In this document: one piece after another, positions 9,465 through 19,035 of the stretch | Layout: every line of letters starts with the position of its first letter | How positions within the stretch are numbered: position 1 is the first letter of the stretch | From: Candidatus Aceula meridiana | GTDB lineage: Bacteria; Omnitrophota; Gorgyraeia; Zapsychrales; Aceulaceae | NCBI GenBank assembly: GCA_030765185.1 | Contig: JAVCDE010000002.1 | Coordinates: forward strand, 853 to 64,852 | Direction: 5' to 3' | Length of the DNA stretch: 64,000 nucleotides | Position numbers and translations under genes: made by a program | Notes under the pieces: model-generated | Seen by the model: only the letters and a program-made list of their open reading frames with translations | Database searches by the model: none | What the model was told of the DNA's origin: nothing

Positions 9465-10910
9465 ATGCTGACATTTAATGCAAATTCGCGCCTTAACAAA
9501 GATGCCGTTATTGTTTTTTTAACGGAAGAATCTGCTAAGAGTAAAAAGTGGAATTTTAAGAATTTAAGCCTTTCTAAAGATATTCTTCAGGTTATTTCTG
9601 CAAAACAGTTTTTGGCAAACGAAGGGGAACAGTTTCCGCTTGTGCGCGGAAAACAAGTTTGCCTTCTTGTTGGCTTAGGGAAGAGGTCAGATGTTACAAA
9701 AACATCTTTACGAACAATCACAAGTCAAGCAGTCCTATCTCCGTTTCTTAAAAAATTAAAATCTATTGATATTGTTGCGCATGAACAAAACGAGGCAACG
9801 ATTATTGGCATCATTGAAGGTATTTTGATAGGTGGTTATCGCTGGGAAAAATATATTGCAAAAAAAAGCGCTGTCCTTTCAAAGTCTATTTGTATTCTTT
9901 CAGTATCAAAGAAAATTTATATTGATACGATTGCGTCTTGCGCAGGCGTTAATCTTACTCGTGACCTTGTTAACGACAATGCTGATGTTGTCAACTCAAA
10001 TACGATTGAAAAGACTATACGCCACATTGTGAGTGGAAAAAAGAATATTTCCTTGAAAATTCTAACCGAAAAAGAATTAAAAAAGAAAGGTTTGAATTTA
10101 CTTCTTGCTGTTAATAAGGGAAGTAAGTATCCCCCAAAACTTATTATTGTTAATTATCGAGGGAGCAGTAAAAAAGGGGATTACACAGCTATTGTTGGCA
10201 AGGGTGTTACTTTTGATACTGGCGGACTCAATTTAAAGCCAACCGGTTATATTGAGACAATGCGTCTAGATATGGGCGGCGCAGGGGCAGTTATTGGAAC
10301 CCTTAAGAATACTATATCGTTAAAAATAAAAAAGAATATTTTGTTTGTTTGCGGCGTGGTTGAAAACGCAATTGGACCAAATGCATACAAGCCAGGAGAT
10401 GTTGTAAAAAGTTATGATGGCAAAACTGTTGAAGTTGCTAATACAGATGCAGAAGGACGATTAGTTTTAGCTGATGCTTTAAGCTATCTTGTTAAGAATT
10501 ATAAACCTGCACGCATTATCGATTTAGCGACTCTAACTGGTGCATGCGTTGTGGCTTTAGGATATGATTATTCTGGACTTGTTTCTAGTGATGACAATTT
10601 TGCAAAAAAGGTTCTTGCGGCGGCAAACGACACAGATGACCGTGCATGGCAGCTTCCAAGCTACAATGGCTTAAAAGATCACCTTAAGTCGCAGTATGCA
10701 GATATTAAAAATACTGGCCTACCTAAAGGAGCAGCTGGAACAATGTCTGCAGGTGAATTTTTAAGACAGTTTGTCGGTAAAACAAAATGGGCTCATTTAG
10801 ATATTGCAGGCACGGCTTTCGTTGCGGGTCCATCTCGCATGTATTTTGGGTACGGGGCAACTGGTGCCGGCGTTAGGCTTTTGACTGACTTGTTAAAAAA
10901 CAAACTTTAG
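9465..10910 (+). CDS. pepA: Leucyl aminopeptidase (M17)
   Basis: VGKGVTFDTGG, DMGGAG, NTDAEGRL, DLATLTGA, HLDIAG. Confidence 0.95.
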   Translation: MLTFNANSRLNKDAVIVFLTEESAKSKKWNFKNLSLSKDILQVISAKQFLANEGEQFPLVRGKQVCLLVGLGKRSDVTKTSLRTITSQAVLSPFLKKLKSIDIVAHEQNEATIIGIIEGILIGGYRWEKYIAKKSAVLSKSICILSVSKKIYIDTIASCAGVNLTRDLVNDNADVVNSNTIEKTIRHIVSGKKNISLKILTEKELKKKGLNLLLAVNKGSKYPPKLIIVNYRGSSKKGDYTAIVGKGVTFDTGGLNLKPTGYIETMRLDMGGAGAVIGTLKNTISLKIKKNILFVCGVVENAIGPNAYKPGDVVKSYDGKTVEVANTDAEGRLVLADALSYLVKNYKPARIIDLATLTGACVVALGYDYSGLVSSDDNFAKKVLAAANDTDDRAWQLPSYNGLKDHLKSQYADIKNTGLPKGAAGTMSAGEFLRQFVGKTKWAHLDIAGTAFVAGPSRMYFGYGATGAGVRLLTDLLKNKL

Positions 10911-10911
10911 T

Positions 10912-10999
10912 TCGACGCTTCTACGCTCGCACATCATTTAAAGATGGCGCGGGTCGAACGACCCTGAGCACGCGAACAAAAGTGAGCAAGCCGAAGGGC
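10912..10999. repeat. GC-rich palindromic intergenic element (REP-like)
   Basis: ttcgac...gtcgaa inverted pair, perfect gggtcg-aa-cgaccc hairpin and a ccctgagc...gccgaaggg end, all in AT-rich surroundings. Confidence 0.45.
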
Positions 11000-11006
11000 T
11001 TTTAAA

Positions 11007-12392
11007 ATGCTTCAAAAAAAGCAAATCGCTTTTATCCTACTAATCCTTACAGGATTATTTCTTCTTGTTACTTCACAGAGCTTTTCACAAAACAATCAAA
11101 AAATTTATATTATTCAGCTTAACGATGCAAGCATTAACCCTGTCACAGCCGGATATATTGAGAAATCTATCGAAAAAGCCGAGCAGGATAAGGCACAGTG
11201 CTTGATTCTTGAGCTTGACACGCCCGGAGGGCTTTTAAACTCAACCCGGGCTATTGTGAAGCGCATTATGGCTTCCAAAGTTCCTATCATAGTTTATATT
11301 TATCCAAGCGGGTCAAGAGCTGGTTCAGCTGGAGTTTTTATTACCTATTCAAGCCATATTGCCGTTATGGCACCTTCAACAAATATCGGCGCGGCACATC
11401 CCGTGCAGCTCGGATCTCCTAAAAAAATCTCTTGGCCGCAACAATTCCGAAAAGATCAAAATAAAGATTCAGGCGAAGACATGGAAGAGGCGTCAACGCC
11501 AATGGAAGATAAAATTCTAAATGATACGATTGCTTTTGTGAAATCTATTGCGCAGAAGCGAGACCGCAACGTAGAGTGGGCTGAGAAAAGCGTACGTGGA
11601 AGTGATTCAATTACTGAGACAGAAGCTTTAAAGAAAAATGTTATTAATTTTATTGCAAATGATGAAGTAAATCTTTTAGAAAAGCTCAATGGGCAAAAAA
11701 TTACAATTAACAATTCAGAGATTATTTTAGAAACAAAAGATGCTCAAATTGAACGTATCCCGATGAATTCCCGTCAAGAACTTTTGAATGTCTTAGCCGA
11801 CCCTAACATTGCGTATATTTTGATGATTTTAGGATTTTATGGACTTCTTTATGAAATTACACACCCAGGTATTGGCGTTCCCGGCGTCATGGGAACAATT
11901 TTTCTTATTTTAGCATTTTATAGTATGCAGACGCTTCCGACAAATTATGCAGGCGTTGTTTTAATCGCGTTAGGGGTTGTCTTATTCATTGCCGAAGCAT
12001 TTGTGCCTGGGTTTGGTCTTCTGACTTTAGGTGGGGTCGGTTCCATGGTTTTAGGATCACTTATTTTATTTGATACCGCTGAACCGATTATGCGTGTGTC
12101 ATGGTCTTTAATTATTGCATTTCCTGTAGCAACAGCTGTCATCACGCTCTTTTTGGTGCGTGCTGTTTTGCAAGCACATCGCCAAAAAGTTTTAGGCGGG
12201 AGAAAAGGAATAATCGGAGAAAAGGGGATTGCAAAAACATTAATCTCTGAGAAAAAACGAGGAAAAGTTTTTGTTCATGGAGAAACATGGAATGCTATTT
12301 CGGTAGAGACAATTAAAAAAGATGATGATGTTGTTGTTGAGAAAATTGATCATTTAACATTAACAGTTAGAAGAGAAAGGAGCTCGTCATGA
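11007..12392 (+). CDS. nfeD: NfeD family membrane-bound serine protease (long form)
   Basis: [21 protein letters not shown], several TM helices and a C-terminal OB fold ([12 protein letters not shown]). Adjacent to a stomatin gene. Confidence 0.92.
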   Translation: MLQKKQIAFILLILTGLFLLVTSQSFSQNNQKIYIIQLNDASINPVTAGYIEKSIEKAEQDKAQCLILELDTPGGLLNSTRAIVKRIMASKVPIIVYIYPSGSRAGSAGVFITYSSHIAVMAPSTNIGAAHPVQLGSPKKISWPQQFRKDQNKDSGEDMEEASTPMEDKILNDTIAFVKSIAQKRDRNVEWAEKSVRGSDSITETEALKKNVINFIANDEVNLLEKLNGQKITINNSEIILETKDAQIERIPMNSRQELLNVLADPNIAYILMILGFYGLLYEITHPGIGVPGVMGTIFLILAFYSMQTLPTNYAGVVLIALGVVLFIAEAFVPGFGLLTLGGVGSMVLGSLILFDTAEPIMRVSWSLIIAFPVATAVITLFLVRAVLQAHRQKVLGGRKGIIGEKGIAKTLISEKKRGKVFVHGETWNAISVETIKKDDDVVVEKIDHLTLTVRRERSSS

Positions 12393-13135
12393 GCGGATGG
12401 ATTATTGCCGGCTTAGTTGCTGTTTATTTATTCAACAGTGTCAAAATTGTTAAGGAATATGAACGTGTTGTTATTTTTCGTTTAGGCCGTGTTTTAAAGG
12501 AAGCTAAAGGGCCTGGGGTTATTTTTGTTTTTTGGCCGATTGATCAGGCTCGCATTATTAGTCTTCGTCTTGTAGCCTTAGATGTTCCGGCACAGGACAT
12601 TATTACAAAAGATAATGTTTCTGTTAAGGTAAATGCTGTTGTTTATTTTCGCGTTATGGATCCTGTGAGCGCTATTATTGAGGTTCAGAATTTTCAATAT
12701 GCAACATCACAGATGGCTCAAACAACATTGCGTAGTGTTATCGGTGAAATGGAATTGGACGAACTTTTGTCACAACGCGAAATGATCAATGACAAATTGC
12801 AGACTATTTTAGACAAGCAAACAGACCCTTGGGGCATTAAAGTTTCAAATGTTGAAGTTAAGGATGTTGATATTTCGGAAAACCTTAAAAGGGCTATGGC
12901 TCGCCAGGCTGAAGCTGAACGCGAAAGACGTGCAAAAATTATTGCTTCAGAAGGTGAATTTCAGGCTGCTGCAAAAATCTGTGATGCTGCTAAACTGATG
13001 CAAGAGTACCCAATGGCGCTTCAGCTACGCTATTTGCAGACTTTAGTTGAAATCGGAAATACAAACAACACCACAACACTGTTTCCAATTCCGATTGATA
13101 TTTTTGACGCATTTAAGAAAATTGCCCAGAAATAG
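12389..13135 (+). CDS. SPFH/stomatin (slipin) family protein
   Basis: [50 protein letters not shown]. Confidence 0.95.
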   Translation: MSGWIIAGLVAVYLFNSVKIVKEYERVVIFRLGRVLKEAKGPGVIFVFWPIDQARIISLRLVALDVPAQDIITKDNVSVKVNAVVYFRVMDPVSAIIEVQNFQYATSQMAQTTLRSVIGEMELDELLSQREMINDKLQTILDKQTDPWGIKVSNVEVKDVDISENLKRAMARQAEAERERRAKIIASEGEFQAAAKICDAAKLMQEYPMALQLRYLQTLVEIGNTNNTTTLFPIPIDIFDAFKKIAQK

Positions 13136-13152
13136 ACCGTTAGGACCCACCT

Positions 13153-13180
13153 TTGCCCGCTATTATTTTATAGCGGGCAA
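13153..13180 (+). terminator. Strong hairpin after the stomatin gene, probable terminator
   Basis: Perfect 11-bp stem ttgcccgctat/atagcgggcaa with a weak U-tract. Confidence 0.55.
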
Positions 13181-13235
13181 GGCTTAGTTCAGTTGTCTCA
13201 ATATTATTGAAAAATGAAGAAAGTTAGCTTAACAA

Positions 13236-13264
13236 TTGATTGCACAATAAAGTCGGTGTAAGAT
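13236..13264 (+). promoter_or_regulatory. Putative promoter for a leaderless fumC transcript
   Basis: TTGATT-N17-TAAGAT, ending 7 nt before the ATG. No SD sequence. Confidence 0.45.
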
Positions 13265-13271
13265 AACGTTT

Positions 13272-14669
13272 ATGAAATTTCGAGTTGAAAAAGATACCTT
13301 AGGTTCTGTAAAAGTGCCTGAAAATGCGCTATATGGCGCTCAAACAGAGCGTGCGCTCTTAAATTTTGGCCCTAGCCGAGTTAACTATGGCTATTATAGT
13401 TATTTTTTTGTTCGTGCTATTGCTACTGTTAAAAAAGCTGCTGCTCAAACAAACAAAGACTTAGGCCTCTTGTCCGCAAAAAAAGCCCAACTTATTATTA
13501 AAGCTGCTGATGAAGTTCTTGAGGGGAAGCATAGTCACGAATTCTTGCTTGGCATTTTGCAAAGTGGAAGCGGAACTCAAAGCAATATGAACATGAATGA
13601 GGTTCTTGCTAACCGCGCAATTCAATTAGCCAATGGAAAAGTGGGCAGCAAAAAGCCTGTTCATCCCAATGATGATGTTAATATGGGTCAGTCATCCAAT
13701 GATGTTATTCCTACAGCCATGCATGTAGCAACAGTTTTAGCAGCCGATGAAATCATTGTAATACTTAACCTTTTAGCAATGACACTAAGAAAAAAGTCTA
13801 AAGAATTTAAAGAAATTATTAAAGTTGGGCGAACGCACCTTATGGACGCAACACCTCTGACTCTCGGAGCAGAGTTTTCTGGATACGCAACTCAGGTTAA
13901 AAATGGAATTGTACGCATTAAAAGTTGCTTGCCGCATCTCAAGGAGCTTGCGCTGGGAGGGACTGCCGTTGGCACAGGTCTTAATACGCATCCTCAGTTT
14001 ACTACCAAGACAGTCAGAAATATTTCAAAAATTACAAAGCAGACGTTTAAATCTGCTCCTAATAAATATGAAGCAATTGCAGCTCATGATGCTTTGGTTC
14101 AATTTAGCGGAACTCTTAAAACAGTTGCCGTGTCGCTTTTAAAAATTGCTAATGATATTCGTTTATTAAGTTCAGGGCCGCGTTGCGGACTCAATGAGTT
14201 AATTTTACCTGCTAACGAGCCAGGCAGTTCGATTATGCCTGGAAAAGTTAATCCATCACAATGTGAATCAATGATGATGGCCTGTGCAAAAGTGATTGGA
14301 AACGACACAGCGGTTAGCATCGCAGGTGCAGGCGGCAACCTTGAGCTCAACACATTCAAGCCGTTAATTATTTATACAATTTTAGATTCTATTGATTTTT
14401 TGGCCGAGTCTTTGCCTGGATTTACGTTTGCTTGCATTAGTGAAATAAAGCCAAATAAAAAGCAGATTCAAAAGAATTTAGAAAATTCTTTAATGCTTGT
14501 AACTGTTTTGAATAAGCATATTGGATACGATAAAGCAGCGTTAATCGCACAAAAAGCTTATACAGAAAATAAAACTTTGAAGGAAGCTGCAGCTGCTTTA
14601 GGCTTTGTTACAGAAAAACAATTTGACAAAATCGCTCAACCTCAGAAAATGCTTAAACCATCAAAATAA
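13272..14669 (+). CDS. fumC: Class II fumarate hydratase
   Basis: QSGSGTQSNMN, HPNDDVN, GRTHLMDATP, GSSIMPGKVNP. Confidence 0.96.
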   Translation: MKFRVEKDTLGSVKVPENALYGAQTERALLNFGPSRVNYGYYSYFFVRAIATVKKAAAQTNKDLGLLSAKKAQLIIKAADEVLEGKHSHEFLLGILQSGSGTQSNMNMNEVLANRAIQLANGKVGSKKPVHPNDDVNMGQSSNDVIPTAMHVATVLAADEIIVILNLLAMTLRKKSKEFKEIIKVGRTHLMDATPLTLGAEFSGYATQVKNGIVRIKSCLPHLKELALGGTAVGTGLNTHPQFTTKTVRNISKITKQTFKSAPNKYEAIAAHDALVQFSGTLKTVAVSLLKIANDIRLLSSGPRCGLNELILPANEPGSSIMPGKVNPSQCESMMMACAKVIGNDTAVSIAGAGGNLELNTFKPLIIYTILDSIDFLAESLPGFTFACISEIKPNKKQIQKNLENSLMLVTVLNKHIGYDKAALIAQKAYTENKTLKEAAAALGFVTEKQFDKIAQPQKMLKPSK

Positions 14670-14672
14670 AAA

Positions 14673-14780
14673 ATGAAAGAAGTCCTCGATACAATCATAA
14701 CACTCTTCGTTTTAGCCCTCTTAGTCAGCATCATCGTCGTTCCTGGCTATGTTATCTTTAAAAATATGAGGAAAAAATAA
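14673..14780 (+). CDS. Small single-TM protein (35 aa), not in the ORF track
   Basis: MKEVLDTIITLFVLALLVSIIVVPGYVIFKNMRKK: hydrophobic helix with a basic tail. Starts 3 nt after the fumC stop and fills the gap. Confidence 0.5.
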   Translation: MKEVLDTIITLFVLALLVSIIVVPGYVIFKNMRKK

Positions 14781-14793
14781 AGAAAGAGAAGGA

Positions 14794-16167
14794 TTAGCTT
14801 TCTTTGAATTCGGCGACAAGACCAGAGATAGTCTTTTTGGCATCGCCGAAAAGCATGCGGGTATTTTCGTAAAAGAAAAGTTCGTTTGGAATCCCTGCAA
14901 ATCCAGTTGCCATAGACCGTTTTAAGACAAAAACGGTTTTTGCTTTATAGGCTTCAATGATCGGCATTCCATAAATTGGGCTTGTTTTATCATGCAAAGC
15001 AGCAGGATTAACAACATCGTTGGCACCAATAACCACACACACATCAACTGCATTAAATTTTGGATTAATATTATCCATTTCAAAAAGTTGATCATAAGGA
15101 ACATTAGCTTCTGCTAAAAGAACATTCATGTGTCCTGGCATACGGCCAGCCACAGGGTGAATCGCATATTCGACTTCACATCCATTTTCTTCTAAGAGCC
15201 CACCTAGTTCACGCACAACGTGCTGAGCCTGGGCAACGGCTAATCCGTATCCTGGAACAAAAACAACAGATTTTGCAGCTTCTAGAATAAGGTAAGCATC
15301 TTGTACGTTAATTGGCTTAATATCGCCTTTTTCTTCACCGACTGCTTGTTTAATTACCGACCCGAAACCGCTAAATAAAACATTGGCAATCGAGCGGTTC
15401 ATCGCCTTACACATAATGCGCGTTAGAATAATCCCGCTTGCACCAACAAGGGCACCGGCCACAATCAAAATATTGTTTTTAATAACAAAACCGGCAGCAC
15501 AGGCTGCTAAGCCCGAATAGCTGTTTAAAAGAGAAATGACGACAGGCATGTCTGCACCGCCGATTGGAATAACGGATGAAATTCCCAAGAAAAAAGAGAG
15601 GGCAACAATCAAAAGAAACGCCTGGTAGTTGGCCGCCGGATTGGAAATAAAAACAATACCACAGGTCAAAATCGATAAAAGCAATGTGAGATTAAGAATT
15701 TTTTGACCTTGAAATAGAAGAGACTTTGATGGGAAGACTCCGCTTAACTTTCCCCAGGCTACAATACTTCCTGTGAATGTTACGCCACCGATTAAAACGG
15801 ATAAAAATACTGTAATAATCGTTAGCAGTTCAACGCGTAAGCCTGCATGAAAAACAGCCCATCCGACTAAAAGGGAAGCAATGCCGCCAAAACCGTTTAA
15901 AAGGGCAACCATCTCCGGCATTGCCGTCATCGCAATCAATCGTGCAGCAAAAATTCCTAAAATCGACCCGATAAAGATTCCTAACACAATCCATTGAAAA
16001 GACAGCCCCTTAGTCAAAAGCGTGGCAACAACTGCTAAAAACATTCCAACAGCTGAAATCAGATTTCCTTTACGGGCTGATTCAGGCGATGAAAGCATTT
16101 TGAGGCCCAAAGCAAAAAGGATAGCTGCGATGATATAAACAATATTAATGAGAATCGTAAAATCCAT
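14794..16167 (-). CDS. pntB: NAD(P) transhydrogenase subunit beta
   Basis: MPEMVALLNGFGG, GGADMPVVISLLNSYSG, HPVAGRMPGHMNVLLAEA, GANDVVNP. Confidence 0.97.
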   Translation of the reverse strand: MDFTILINIVYIIAAILFALGLKMLSSPESARKGNLISAVGMFLAVVATLLTKGLSFQWIVLGIFIGSILGIFAARLIAMTAMPEMVALLNGFGGIASLLVGWAVFHAGLRVELLTIITVFLSVLIGGVTFTGSIVAWGKLSGVFPSKSLLFQGQKILNLTLLLSILTCGIVFISNPAANYQAFLLIVALSFFLGISSVIPIGGADMPVVISLLNSYSGLAACAAGFVIKNNILIVAGALVGASGIILTRIMCKAMNRSIANVLFSGFGSVIKQAVGEEKGDIKPINVQDAYLILEAAKSVVFVPGYGLAVAQAQHVVRELGGLLEENGCEVEYAIHPVAGRMPGHMNVLLAEANVPYDQLFEMDNINPKFNAVDVCVVIGANDVVNPAALHDKTSPIYGMPIIEAYKAKTVFVLKRSMATGFAGIPNELFFYENTRMLFGDAKKTISGLVAEFKES

Positions 16168-16172
16168 AAAGA

Positions 16173-16457
16173 TTACCGTTTCTTAAACATTTTTAACATT
16201 CGATCTGTGACAAGGTATCCTCCGACTACATTAATCGTCGCAAAGACAACTGCCAGCGTTCCTAAGGTTGTGCTTATTGTATTGCTTTCAGCTCCCGCAG
16301 AAACTAAAGCCCCAACAAGCGTAATACCAGAAATAGCGTTTGAGCCAGACATTAAAGGAGTATGCAATATCGAAGGCACTTTGGAGATAAGCTCGAATCC
16401 CAAAAAAACCGAGAGGACTAAGATAAATAAAAGAAAAATAAAAAGGTCAATACCCAT
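16173..16457 (-). CDS. pntA: NAD(P) transhydrogenase subunit alpha, membrane part (alpha2)
   Basis: LHTPLMSGSNAISG, NVVGGYLVTDRML. Confidence 0.95.
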   Translation of the reverse strand: MGIDLFIFLLFILVLSVFLGFELISKVPSILHTPLMSGSNAISGITLVGALVSAGAESNTISTTLGTLAVVFATINVVGGYLVTDRMLKMFKKR

Positions 16458-16476
16458 AGCGATTAGTTTGTTTTTA

Positions 16477-17589
16477 TCAGTTTATTAATAACTTTTCATT
16501 ATATGTTAAAAGGCAACCTTTGATGATTTCATTCTCAAGGTTGATTTTAAAAATCTGATTGTCTTTATCCCAAAGTTCTTCAATAAGATTGTAAATATTG
16601 TTTGCGTACATTTCACTGGCATTAACAGCGACATACGAAGGAAGACTTGAAACTCCTAAAATTCTAACGCCATTGAGGACAACTTCTTCATCAAGAGCAG
16701 AGCCCTCGACATTGCCGCCTGTTTCAACAGCCATGTCTATGATGATGCTTCCCGGGTTCATTTTTTCAATCATTTTTTTGGTAATAATAACAGGTGCTTT
16801 TTTCCCAAAAACTTGGGCAGTGGTAATAACAACGTCAGCATTGGTGCATGCCTTAGCCATGCCATCACGTTGTTTTTTAATTTGTTCCTCTGTTAACTGT
16901 TTGGCGTAACCATCTTTGGTTTCACCTGTTTGCCCTAAATCAATCTTAACAAATTTTGCTCCAAGAGACTGTACTTGCTCTGCAACCGCGGGGCGGGTAT
17001 CAAAAGCTTCGACACGGGCGCCTAGTCTCTTGGCAGTTGCAATGGCCTGAAGCCCTGCGACACCAGCGCCGACAATAAATACTCTCGCCGGTGAAATTGT
17101 TCCGGCAGGTGTCATCTGCATCGGAAAAATTTTGGGAAGGCTTTGGGCAGCCAAAATAACTGCAACGTAGCCTGCTAAAGACGCCTGAGAGCTTAATGCA
17201 TCCATTTTTTGCGCCTTCGTAATTCTTGGAATCATTTCCATACTAATGGCATTAATATTTTTTTTAGCAAACATTTTAACAAGAGTGGACTCTTTGAACG
17301 GGTCAAGAAAGCTGACATAAAAACTGCCCGGCTTTAACGAATTAATTTCTTCGGGGGAAGGCTTTCCTAGTCTTAAGATAATATCTGCGGCTGAAAAAAG
17401 TTCTTTATGCGTTTTGACAATTTTAACCCCAGCATCCTTGTATGCTTGATCAGAAAAAAAAAGGGGCGCGCCAAGATTTGTCCGCATGCGAACGTCAAAC
17501 CCCAAACCAATAAATTTCTTAGCAATTGTAGGAGTTAAGGCAATGCGTTTTTCTTTTAAATCGATTTCTTTTGGGAAGGCAATAATCAT
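16477..17589 (-). CDS. pntA: NAD(P) transhydrogenase subunit alpha, soluble part (alpha1)
   Basis: PRITKAQKMDALSSQASLAGY, GAGVAGLQAIATAKRLGA, GGNVE. Confidence 0.95.
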   Translation of the reverse strand: MIIAFPKEIDLKEKRIALTPTIAKKFIGLGFDVRMRTNLGAPLFFSDQAYKDAGVKIVKTHKELFSAADIILRLGKPSPEEINSLKPGSFYVSFLDPFKESTLVKMFAKKNINAISMEMIPRITKAQKMDALSSQASLAGYVAVILAAQSLPKIFPMQMTPAGTISPARVFIVGAGVAGLQAIATAKRLGARVEAFDTRPAVAEQVQSLGAKFVKIDLGQTGETKDGYAKQLTEEQIKKQRDGMAKACTNADVVITTAQVFGKKAPVIITKKMIEKMNPGSIIIDMAVETGGNVEGSALDEEVVLNGVRILGVSSLPSYVAVNASEMYANNIYNLIEELWDKDNQIFKINLENEIIKGCLLTYNEKLLIN

Positions 17590-17617
17590 AATTTTTTAGT
17601 TTCCTCTAAGTTAATCC

Positions 17618-17691
17618 ATCATAACAAAAAGGTTTTTTGTCTGCAAGAAATTATAACAATACTTGATATTTAATATATTTACTTATAGAAT
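17618..17691. promoter_or_regulatory. Back-to-back promoters for pnt (-) and rnf (+)
   Basis: Minus strand TTGCAG-N17-TATGAT (17646-17618); plus strand TTGATA-N17-TAGAAT (17663-17691). Confidence 0.55.
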
Positions 17692-17728
17692 ATAAAAATT
17701 AAATAACATTTCAAGAGAAAGCTCTTCT

Positions 17729-18148
17729 TTGGTAAAATTAACACAACCCATTGAGCACCAGGGAATCGTTGCGAAGGTTAACGAAAAAATCGCTGAGGTA
17801 AAAATTGAAGCGACTTCAGCCTGTGCTCAATGCCATGCAAAAGGTGCTTGTGTAGCATCTGACATGGCTGAAAAAATTATCGAGGTCAAGCTCGATGGTT
17901 CCCAGGTTTCTCTTGGACAGACTGTCACGGTTACCCTTGCGCGTTCTTTAGGGATTCAGGCAGTCTTACTAGGATATATTTTTCCGTTTGTTTTGGCGCT
18001 AGGGACATTGATCATCGCGCTACATTTAACGAAACGGGAAGTTACTGCTGGGGTTAGCGCACTTGTTATTTTATTTCCTTATTATTTTGGGCTATATTTA
18101 ATCCGGCATCGCATTAAAGAAATCTTTCAATTTAAACTAAAAATATGA
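17729..18148 (+). CDS. rseC: RseC/MucC family protein
   Basis: IEHQGIV, SACAQCHAKGAC and two TM helices. First gene of the rnf cluster. Confidence 0.85.
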   Translation: MVKLTQPIEHQGIVAKVNEKIAEVKIEATSACAQCHAKGACVASDMAEKIIEVKLDGSQVSLGQTVTVTLARSLGIQAVLLGYIFPFVLALGTLIIALHLTKREVTAGVSALVILFPYYFGLYLIRHRIKEIFQFKLKI

Positions 18149-19035
18149 ATTCAACAATCCTCTTTACAATTCTCTCATTAAGCTCTCTCGGTGTTTTATC
18201 CGGAATTATTCTTTTTTTCATTGCAAAGAAATTTCACGTAGAAGAAGACCCTCGTATTGATGATGTCGAAGGTGTTTTGCCTGGGGCTAATTGTGGTGGC
18301 TGTGGATATCCCGGATGCCGAAAATTTGCTGAGGTTTGTGTTCAATCAAAAGAACTGGAAGGTTTGTTTTGTCCGGTTGGTGGAAATAACTGTATGACCG
18401 ACGTGGCAAAAATCCTGGGCATTGAAGTTATTGAAAAAGCAGCAATGACGGCTGTTGTGCGATGTAATGGGTCGTATCAAAATCGTCCACGTACCAATGT
18501 TTACGATGGGACAACTTGGTGCAAAATTGTGCATAATCTTTATTCTGGTGAAACTGGATGTTCTTATGGCTGCATGGGGCTTGGAGATTGTGTTAAATCT
18601 TGTAAATTTGATGCGATTTATATTAGCGAAGAAACTGGCTTACCTGTGATCGATCAAGACAAATGCGTGGCATGCGGCGCTTGTGTAAAAGCATGCCCTC
18701 GTAAACTAATAGAACTTCGCTTAAAGGGTAAAGCTAATCGGCGTATTTTTGTTGCATGTTCAAATCCTGAAAAAGGAGGCCTGGCCCGTAAAGTTTGTAA
18801 AGCAGCCTGTATCGGATGTGGTAAATGCGTTAAAGTTTGTCCATTTGATGCCATTGAGATGAAGGGGCCATTGGCCTATATTGATTTTAATAAATGTAAA
18901 TTATGCCGAAAATGCGTTTTAGAGTGTCCGACGGGCGCAATTCATGAAATTAATTTTCCACCTAAAAAATCTAAGCCGCAGCCAGACCCATCAGGTGTTG
19001 CTGAAAAAATTGAAAATAAGGATTCTTCAGCATGA
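18145..19035 (+). CDS. rnfB: Rnf complex subunit B
   Basis: LPGANCGGCGYPGC, CPVGG and multiple CxxCxxCxxxCP ferredoxin motifs. Confidence 0.95.
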   Translation: MNSTILFTILSLSSLGVLSGIILFFIAKKFHVEEDPRIDDVEGVLPGANCGGCGYPGCRKFAEVCVQSKELEGLFCPVGGNNCMTDVAKILGIEVIEKAAMTAVVRCNGSYQNRPRTNVYDGTTWCKIVHNLYSGETGCSYGCMGLGDCVKSCKFDAIYISEETGLPVIDQDKCVACGACVKACPRKLIELRLKGKANRRIFVACSNPEKGGLARKVCKAACIGCGKCVKVCPFDAIEMKGPLAYIDFNKCKLCRKCVLECPTGAIHEINFPPKKSKPQPDPSGVAEKIENKDSSA

